Origin: a virus
Lineage: Duplodnaviria; Caudoviricetes
Virus record (IMG/VR): IMGVR_UViG_3300021093_000144
Coordinates: 1 to 42,820 of that record
Strand: one strand, 5' to 3'
Length of the DNA stretch: 42,820 nt
Numbering within the stretch: the first letter of the stretch is position 1; each line of letters begins with the position of its first letter. Both the position numbers and the translations under genes were made by a program. The notes under the pieces are model-generated. The model was not told the DNA's origin. It searched no databases and saw nothing but the letters and a program-made list of their open reading frames with translations. Below, piece by piece: positions 35,464 to 42,820 of the stretch.

Positions 35464-38400
35464 TTAATTTGCTTGTAAAAAGTAATTTAACACAAGGGCA
35501 TCGCCTGCAATACCACCTTTGAAGTTTACCTTACTATTTATGTTAATTTGAACATTTGTCGTAGTGCTAATGGACTGTCCCGCCACATAAATCACACCCG
35601 CAGTCAAAGTATTCACGTTCAAACTAGATCCGCCTCCACCGATCTGGCTAGTAATATACGCCTTAATAGCCCGCTGTGTAGGAACCACAGAATCCGAATC
35701 TTGTGTAAAGAATGGATCTGTTGAAAATTCTGAGATCGTTGCACCTGACCCACCTAGCGCCACTGAGCCCAGCGAAAGTTCATTCAAACCTGCGATGTTG
35801 AAGGCATCTGCGTTCAAGGTCGCTACACCAGTGCTCTGTTCAACGTTAAACAGTCCACCTACACGGAAGTTACCATCTTGGTCAGTTGAAGTATAGAACA
35901 CTCGTCCGCCACCGCCAACTCTGGTCTCATTAGCAGGTATAGGATCGTTTAAAGGTAGTCCGGGATAATTAGATTCTGTGAAATTACCGGTACCAATATC
36001 CAAGAAATCATGACCGGTCAGTCGAACCTGGCTGTATCGTCTGCGTATCGTCGTAGTCGTATCATGTTCTGGCGCTTCTGCAGCACCGATAGCAGGGCTC
36101 AATTGTAGGGTAGCATCGTATGTGCCATCTGGATTTGTCAAGAGCCCGGTAACGTTAACCAATCTATAGTAGACGTCGTCGATACCTGCTATCTGCACAT
36201 TGGAGCCCGCTTTGGGGATTCCTGTGAGGTTCTTGAACGATACAAATGCAGTGACCTGATAATTATCTGCGTAGCCGTTTCCAGCAACTTCTGCTGCTGC
36301 TGCTGTATAAAGAGTTCCTCTGTTAGTAAATGTTGGCTGTGCGATAACTCCGTTGCCTATCCTTACCTGTGTGGTAGCATCCGGACCTGTGTTATTTGGA
36401 TCTGTGATAGTCAGCGTCGGTGCGGCGACATATCCAGAACCTGGTTCGTGTATCCAGATTTCAGTGATCAACCCTTCGCCAGTGACTAATGATCGTGCTC
36501 TTGCCCGAGTACCTTGTCGTATGTTCAAGACTCCCTGTGAATTGCTGCCTATCACTACCCATCTCGGATACGATTGATAATTTCCAAATGCCGATGCCAC
36601 ATAAGTCTTGCTGGTCAAGGCCAGCATGCTGCCTGATCCTGTGCTTAGAGCGAATGTAGATCCTCCGCTGGTTTCAGATATGCTGAATCTAGTGGCATCA
36701 TAGATGCTATTGACAAAGTAAATCTTTCCTGAATCCGTACGGACTCCTCCGAATATTTCAGAACCTGATGAATCACGGATGAATCTAACACGATCTCCTA
36801 CATTCAGTCCGGTTGTCGTGCTGGTAGTAGTCAACCAGTTTACTTCAACAGCAAATTCCATGCTAGATGCCGTGGTAGTTGTCGAGGTAGCTAATGTGGC
36901 CACGGTATAGGTCGTAGTACCTGTTGAGGCCGCGGTAAACCAATCAGCAGTTGAACTCTGCGCTGGTCCTTCTATCCAAGTCACGCCGTTTGTAGAGTAG
37001 GCTGTTCTGTTACTGTTGTAGGCAAATGCCAAGAACGCTGTGCCTGTCCAAATAACTTTGATCCAACGTGCAGCAGCACCTGGCATGGTAGCCGCTGTCC
37101 AAGTTGTTCCGTTGGTACTGTATGCTGCCTTAGTTGTAGTAGTGGCTGTATTACCCGCTACTGCAACAAATCTGCTGTTACCGTAGGCCACAGAACTCCA
37201 TAGATCTGAACTGGGCATAGAGTTAGCAGTGGTCCAGGTTGATGCACTGTTTGTAGAATGTGAAACTGCTTGGCTAGCTGATGCGCCGCCGCTTACTATG
37301 ATATAATAAGTAGTTGCTCCGATAGCACCTACCGCGATACTGGTAGCATCTGACGAACCTCCTGATACAGCAGAACCAGTCCATGAAGTACCGTTTGCGC
37401 TTGTTGCTATATTAGCACTGTCTGCTCTGATTGCCACGTATTTAGAACCATCCCAGATTACCTGTTTCCAGAATGAATTAGCAGGTAATGCATTGGCTGT
37501 GGTGCTCCAAGTAGTGCCGTTAGCAGAAGTAGCGATATCATTGTTACCACCGTTACCGCCAATCAGTGCCACGTATTGATTGGTACCGTTATAGGCCAAA
37601 CAGGTATATTCCCAGTTACCACCGGATTGAGCGATAGTCCCACCAGTCCAGGTCGCACCGTCGGTGCTGGTTGCGTATGCTCCGAGACTCGTAGCAGTAG
37701 TATAACCTATGGCTACGAATTTGCTTCCGTCCCAAAGGACATCTTGCCATGTGCTGGCACTAGGAAGTGTTCTGGCAGTAGTTGATGCTGGAATAGAGTT
37801 AGCATTAGTGCTGGTTATGTCTATAGGCAAGAAACTACCGTCACGTAGAGTCCAAGTAACCCCGTCAGGAGAACTGGCAGCAGCGTCACCTAGGCTGGTG
37901 ACATAGAATACGCCTTGACCGTAGGATATAGAACTCCACTCGCTGATCGATGGTAGATTGCTCTTATACCAAGTAGCACCGTTAAACGAATATGCTGCCA
38001 TGGCAGAACTGTCTGCGATCGCAACAAATCGTCCGTTACCGTAGGCTATATCTACCCAGTTAGATTCCGAGGAGTCGTCATTGGCTGGAAGTGTGGTCAC
38101 AGTCCAAGAGATTCCATTAGTGCTGTAAGCCACAGAATTTGAAAAATTACCTTCTACTAGGACGAATCTGCCACCGCCATAGGCTATGGCTTTAGAGCCA
38201 GTGGCCACTGTAGCCGAGGTCCAAGTCGCACCGCCGTTGGTAGATGTTGATCTCCAAGTGGTGCTAGAATCGCTATCTGCTATGGCCACAAACGTTCCGT
38301 TACCTCCCACGACATCACTCCAGTCTTCGACCACTCCTAGCGATACTGAAGTCCAATTGATGCCATCCAACGAATAAGCAGCAGTCGATGATCCTTTGGC

Positions 38401-41400
38401 CACTGCTACAAATCTGCTGACATTTTGATAGGCATCGTATGTGATGGCTACCCATTGATTATCCGGTTCTCCGCCGCCACCGCCTGTGGCCGTAGGCATG
38501 GTCATCGACGACCAATTAACGCCATCTAGAGAATATGCTCCAGCGGTACTGCCATTGACTACTGCAACATATTTAGGTGTAACAGCAGTTCCCGACACAG
38601 TGACCGAAGTTATCGCACCGCTGGGATTAGTGGCTGTTGCCACGGTCAATGTAAGATTATTGGCCGGAGTCGTTCCTCCTAGACTCGCTCCTAGTATAGT
38701 TAAAGTATCGCCTATCGCATACAAAGCACCACCTTGGTTTACCTCTACGCTGTAAACTCCGTATCGTCGAGTTATATTGAAATTAGCTAAAGAACCTGCT
38801 CCGCCTGTGGCTGCCACAGCAGAATAAACTCCGTATCCGTCACCGAATACCACATCGCTCCAATTGCTGTTGGCATTCATGTTAGCAGTTGTTTTAGTAA
38901 ACGGCGGAGCGGACATCTCAATTCTAGGAGTTATCTCGTAGGAAGTGGTAACATCTAACGCTGCAGCGATAGGTGTTCCAGGAACCACATGATCCCATCC
39001 TGCCGTACCGTCGCTGTCTTTAAACACAGTCGCTACTTTAGAACCAGCATTATAAGTGCCGATGTATCCATATTGACCTGCGCCTGTTCCTGTAATTAAG
39101 TATATGCTCATGCCTACATAGGCAGTGCTGGTTCTATTATCAGCGGCCGCCAATGTTATCTGCGTGGTATTTCCGCTCTGTGCCTGGTTCGCGGCTGTGA
39201 TATAACCTTCGCCGCCTATCCCCGAAGAATCGCCCGGATCTGTCAATCGTATATTGAATACTCCACCGTCACGAAACTCATTGACTATCGTCTGCACTCC
39301 TGAACCAGTACCAGATGTGCTGATCGTAGCAGATGTATAGTCGTTGCCTGCATTTCTAAATTCGTAGATTAAAATATTGCTGCCGTTGGTTATTACATTT
39401 CTGACATCGGCTTCATCTGCTCGGTTATTAACTTCTCCGGTTACAGCAACTTCGGTGATATCTATACCTTCTGACACTGATCCAAAATCGCCGTAAGAAT
39501 TGTTGCCGTTGGTAGCACGGATCTTACCGCCGTTTTCTGCCAGATAACCGATGTAGTTATAGTATGTGAACACAGAAACTAATTCTGCGCGACCTAGATT
39601 GGAGATCCATGCACCGATTCCATCGCTGAGTACCTGTGTGAAGTCGTTGCTCACGATAGAATCGACACCTCCTGCATGTAGACTTCCGTCAATTTTCTGT
39701 CCTACGCAGGCTGTACCGAATGTAGTGACGTTCTGGACATAGGTTGATTTGTTCGTGACCCATACATTTTCATCGTTTGGTCCCCAACCTGGATTCAGCG
39801 ACACATATGCTCCGGCTAACGGACGCTGTGTACCATATTCGTTGGCAACGGTTAGTCCATCAGCATCACCGGCGCCTGCGGTATTACCGTCTGACGTTCC
39901 GTCTAAGCCCAACAATGTTTGATTACGAATACCACAGCCTCGACTTACATAATACATGTCTTCTAGTTTAGAACCAGTAAATGCGTTTCTATAGAATCTT
40001 GCTGCCATCACAGACTTATAATTACCTGTGAATTTCATATCATGTGCGATGGCTTCTACGTAATTTCTCACGTCATTCTGACAACTTGCTGAATTATAGT
40101 ACCACTTGACTAACATTGAACCAGCAGCCGTGGATAAATCAACGGCCGATCCACCCGGTGTTAATGATACTTTGAATGTAGTAGCAGTTAATCCGCTTGC
40201 AAGAACGTAGTATGTGGTATTAGTGCTGATACCTCCAAATACAGTTCCAGAAAATCTCACAGTGTCGCCTGCTACCATCCATGTCTGTGATGAGCAGGTA
40301 AATTCGTCTGTGGCGCCACCTGTAGATGCAGATACTGTGGCACGGAATGTTTGATCAACATAGGCCGTGGCCTCTGCTACCATGAATTCTTTGTTAAGCA
40401 ATAAGATCTGTGAACCGTTATAGCGATCAATATCTGTGGTAGGATCCATAGTACCAACTATGATAGGTCTTGTACCTGTGTTAGCATAATTGATAATATC
40501 ATCCCATAGCAACTGTGACATTACAGAAGAACCAAAAGATACAATAACTGCACCTTTCTTGCTGATAAAGTCTAGTATAGTTTGTGTAGCAGCCAATTGG
40601 TTAGCCACAACTAATTGTGCAGAAGCAGTGCCTCTACGATAACTCATACCTGCTTTGATAGAAGCAAAGTTACTGTTAAACATTAAGTCATAACGTAAAG
40701 CATCCACAATTAATCCAACATCTCTAGAACAGGTCGCATCATCAAACACCAGATCAGGAAATTCTCTCTTGATATAGTTAACAGAGTGAGTTTGAATTTC
40801 TGATCTAGCAGAGTTAAGTGCTGTGCCTGCTGTTTGGAGTTCTGTAGAAACCCATGATGTAGCAGGTTGTACAGTGGCTGGATAACCTACTGCTGTTTCA
40901 ACACCATCTACTGTGATAAGATCGATGATGTTTTGGATCCGCTCTTCCCCGAAGTTTTTGCTGGCTGTGGTACCTGCGGTACCGCTGACGTCTTGTGTTA
41001 GGGCGTTGCCTGCAGAAACTGTGACCGCGGCTTCCGTAATCACTTCACCCACTACAATTTTTAATCTTGCGTAGGCTGCCAGTGTTTCGTCTTTTTCGCC
41101 CTCTCCGAATGTGGCTTCACCAAAACTATAATATGCTTTGGCAGCGATCATAGTCTGTGTGTTGCCACCGTAGGTTAAATCGTAACGTACTGCATCTAGG
41201 ATGTATTCTACGTCACGAGCGCAGGCTGCTGCATCGTAGGTAAATGATGCACTAAATGGTGCGATTGAACCTGCCACCTGGACGGCAATCCAAGCAGTGA
41301 TTTCTGCTTTGATGAATGCAGTGTTAGCCAGTATCTGTGCTCTAGCATTGTCATATCCAGTAGTAGCACCTGTGACGTTTCCAGTACTTGCAAAAGCAGT

Positions 41401-42820
41401 ATTGGTTAAAGAAGAACCCCAGTCAGTAGGATTGGTCAACACAAATGCATCCACTGCACCTAGACCGTTGGTAAGGATATCGTCAATCTCAGCAACACCT
41501 GCCTGCAATCTTGTAACAGCAGTAGTAGATCCTACGTTACCTTCGTTTTGGCTAGTGGTATCTTGCGTTTCAGTGTTTCCAGAAGTAGGAGTAACTGCAC
41601 TATTAGTAACAATATTGTCGGTAATAGATTTTAGATGTGTTAGTGTTGCGATAGTTTTGGCTTTGTCGTTGTTGCCTACGAGTTTGCCTGCTGGGCTTAC
41701 CCGTGCAGAACGTAGTTCGTCTCCCACGATAGCAGTATTGCTGGGAACGCGAATTGGTAAGACTTCTTCGAATAATCCTGTTTTGACATTTATAGTATAG
41801 TTTGGTATATCTTCAGAAGGTACACTAGATGTGTTTCCCGCTGTTACAGCATCGGTTATGATTTCTGCTAGTCCTTGGCAGATTGCCAGTGTACCGCTTT
41901 CTGCTGTATAAGTGGCATCTATTAACTGCAGAGTTCTATCTCCCGGAGAAATGCCATTCAAACCTTGATAATTGTCTGCCGGTGCTGTGTTTGACAGAAC
42001 ATTACCGATCAATATCACGCCGTAATTTATAGCGGCAACCAACTGCTCATCCTCGTCGGCGATCGCAGGTATCAATGCGGTGCCTGCTGTATTAAAATAT
42101 GATCTAGTTGCTTCTATGGTTTTTATATTACCTGTATGTGTCAGATCGTAGATTATAGCATCTAGAATCAATCCCATATCTCTTTCGCACAGTGCTTCAT
42201 TATCATTGATGAACCCAGAAAATATACCGATGTTATTTGTGATCTGATAATCTACCCATTCGGTGATTTCTCTCTGCATGAATGTTCGATTCATTCTCAA
42301 CAGATAAGCAGCATCGGGATATTCTGTTCCTAGATCGATCTGTTCGCAGGCGTAACGAACGCTGGCCCAGGGTTGATCTACAGTCATGCCATAGATCGGA
42401 GCAGGACTGTTCGTACCGTTAGGTCCTACATAAAATACGTTTTCGACTTTGCCGAAATATTCCCAGGCGGGCGAACCAGAACTGACAGTCAGCACTTGGC
42501 CTTCTTCACCTATAGGTAATCTGGCAGGGCCTGCGCCGGAGTAGTAGACTAAATCGCCTATGGTAGTCAATACGGATTCTTCGTTGCCTGCAGTCAACAG
42601 ATTCCAGTAAGCCCCTATGCCATCGTTATCTGGTCTATCTGAGCCGTTGGTTGCGGTATGTCCCTGTACACAGATGTACGAGTTAGATCCATATTTGACA
42701 GCATCACCTAGTTTATAAACTGTTGACAAAGTCCAATTGCCTTGCCAATCAATACCTTCATTTAATTTACTCCAGTATGTGACATTAGGGGGTGTTTGAT
42801 TTTGATTATCTGCGACAGCC
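35464..42820 (-). CDS. Giant tail fibre/baseplate appendage protein (>2450 aa, 5' end outside the window)
   Basis: Frame stays open past the track's TTG to the window edge (AVADNQNQTPPNVTYWSKLNEGIDWQGNWT). CBM5/12-like W..Y..GD.V.Y motif, beta-helix-like YVQNVTTFG..NDFTQ..ELVSVFTYY, propeller repeats, GGRVFYTSTDQDGNFRVG and FSTD..VPTQRAIKAY. Confidence 0.85.
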   Translation of the reverse strand, partial: AVADNQNQTPPNVTYWSKLNEGIDWQGNWTLSTVYKLGDAVKYGSNSYICVQGHTATNGSDRPDNDGIGAYWNLLTAGNEESVLTTIGDLVYYSGAGPARLPIGEEGQVLTVSSGSPAWEYFGKVENVFYVGPNGTNSPAPIYGMTVDQPWASVRYACEQIDLGTEYPDAAYLLRMNRTFMQREITEWVDYQITNNIGIFSGFINDNEALCERDMGLILDAIIYDLTHTGNIKTIEATRSYFNTAGTALIPAIADEDEQLVAAINYGVILIGNVLSNTAPADNYQGLNGISPGDRTLQLIDATYTAESGTLAICQGLAEIITDAVTAGNTSSVPSEDIPNYTINVKTGLFEEVLPIRVPSNTAIVGDELRSARVSPAGKLVGNNDKAKTIATLTHLKSITDNIVTNSAVTPTSGNTETQDTTSQNEGNVGSTTAVTRLQAGVAEIDDILTNGLGAVDAFVLTNPTDWGSSLTNTAFASTGNVTGATTGYDNARAQILANTAFIKAEITAWIAVQVAGSIAPFSASFTYDAAACARDVEYILDAVRYDLTYGGNTQTMIAAKAYYSFGEATFGEGEKDETLAAYARLKIVVGEVITEAAVTVSAGNALTQDVSGTAGTTASKNFGEERIQNIIDLITVDGVETAVGYPATVQPATSWVSTELQTAGTALNSARSEIQTHSVNYIKREFPDLVFDDATCSRDVGLIVDALRYDLMFNSNFASIKAGMSYRRGTASAQLVVANQLAATQTILDFISKKGAVIVSFGSSVMSQLLWDDIINYANTGTRPIIVGTMDPTTDIDRYNGSQILLLNKEFMVAEATAYVDQTFRATVSASTGGATDEFTCSSQTWMVAGDTVRFSGTVFGGISTNTTYYVLASGLTATTFKVSLTPGGSAVDLSTAAGSMLVKWYYNSASCQNDVRNYVEAIAHDMKFTGNYKSVMAARFYRNAFTGSKLEDMYYVSRGCGIRNQTLLGLDGTSDGNTAGAGDADGLTVANEYGTQRPLAGAYVSLNPGWGPNDENVWVTNKSTYVQNVTTFGTACVGQKIDGSLHAGGVDSIVSNDFTQVLSDGIGAWISNLGRAELVSVFTYYNYIGYLAENGGKIRATNGNNSYGDFGSVSEGIDITEVAVTGEVNNRADEADVRNVITNGSNILIYEFRNAGNDYTSATISTSGTGSGVQTIVNEFRDGGVFNIRLTDPGDSSGIGGEGYITAANQAQSGNTTQITLAAADNRTSTAYVGMSIYLITGTGAGQYGYIGTYNAGSKVATVFKDSDGTAGWDHVVPGTPIAAALDVTTSYEITPRIEMSAPPFTKTTANMNANSNWSDVVFGDGYGVYSAVAATGGAGSLANFNITRRYGVYSVEVNQGGALYAIGDTLTILGASLGGTTPANNLTLTVATATNPSGAITSVTVSGTAVTPKYVAVVNGSTAGAYSLDGVNWSSMTMPTATGGGGGEPDNQWVAITYDAYQNVSRFVAVAKGSSTAAYSLDGINWTSVSLGVVEDWSDVVGGNGTFVAIADSDSSTTWRSTSTNGGATWTSATVATGSKAIAYGGGRFVLVEGNFSNSVAYSTNGISWTVTTLPANDDSSESNWVDIAYGNGRFVAIADSSAMAAYSFNGATWYKSNLPSISEWSSISYGQGVFYVTSLGDAAASSPDGVTWTLRDGSFLPIDITSTNANSIPASTTARTLPSASTWQDVLWDGSKFVAIGYTTATSLGAYATSTDGATWTGGTIAQSGGNWEYTCLAYNGTNQYVALIGGNGGNNDIATSANGTTWSTTANALPANSFWKQVIWDGSKYVAIRADSANIATSANGTSWTGSAVSGGSSDATSIAVGAIGATTYYIIVSGGASASQAVSHSTNSASTWTTANSMPSSDLWSSVAYGNSRFVAVAGNTATTTTKAAYSTNGTTWTAATMPGAAARWIKVIWTGTAFLAFAYNSNRTAYSTNGVTWIEGPAQSSTADWFTAASTGTTTYTVATLATSTTTTASSMEFAVEVNWLTTTSTTTGLNVGDRVRFIRDSSGSEIFGGVRTDSGKIYFVNSIYDATRFSISETSGGSTFALSTGSGSMLALTSKTYVASAFGNYQSYPRWVVIGSNSQGVLNIRQGTRARARSLVTGEGLITEIWIHEPGSGYVAAPTLTITDPNNTGPDATTQVRIGNGVIAQPTFTNRGTLYTAAAAEVAGNGYADNYQVTAFVSFKNLTGIPKAGSNVQIAGIDDVYYRLVNVTGLLTNPDGTYDATLQLSPAIGAAEAPEHDTTTTIRRRYSQVRLTGHDFLDIGTGNFTESNYPGLPLNDPIPANETRVGGGGRVFYTSTDQDGNFRVGGLFNVEQSTGVATLNADAFNIAGLNELSLGSVALGGSGATISEFSTDPFFTQDSDSVVPTQRAIKAYITSQIGGGGSSLNVNTLTAGVIYVAGQSISTTTNVQININSKVNFKGGIAGDALVLNYFLQAN
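36930..38880 (-). repeat. Two arrays of beta-propeller blade repeats; boundaries approximate
   Basis: Recurrent W..(V/I).(Y/W)G.G.FVA(V/I)......AYS.(N/D)G..W. Confidence 0.75.

Noticed and set aside
303-41800. Numerous short antisense or out-of-frame ORFs in the six-frame track
   Set aside because: They lie within well-supported genes on the opposite strand or frame and have no motifs or initiation signals.
1-42820. Stop-codon reassignment, as seen in some jumbo phages
   Set aside because: Long conserved genes are intact in code 11, and TAA, TGA and TAG (6645) all end genes at plausible positions.
1-42820. tRNA, rRNA, CRISPR array or IS element
   Set aside because: Intergenic gaps are short and explained by promoters and terminators; no cloverleaf, spaced direct repeats or transposase was seen.

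Overview
A 42.8-kb segment of a large T4-related (jumbo-type) myophage genome in the standard genetic code, with most genes on the minus strand. From the left it carries a replication/recombination pair (UvsX/RecA, gp32 SSB), a terminator-bounded small secreted protein, probable head-internal proteins, both terminase subunits and a gp4-like nuclease. Next come the tail tube, a very long tail sheath, an HNH protein, a dNMP kinase, neck proteins (gp13/14/15-like) and two giant (>2100 aa) tail-fibre/baseplate-appendage proteins. Between the two giant fibre genes lies the most unusual block. It has two small fibre-domain genes, three tandem paralogous glycine-rich proteins with about 10% cysteine, a Tfa-like chaperone, a GT9-like glycosyltransferase and a NodU/CmcH-family carbamoyltransferase. 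I propose, by inference only, that this block is a system for post-translational modification of virion adhesins. Other signals are nine late genes whose TAAATA/TAAGTA box sits 4-7 nt before the ATG (probably leaderless mRNAs) and phycobiliprotein-like C-x-R-D repeats in both fibre proteins. All family calls come from motif recognition; no database searches were run.
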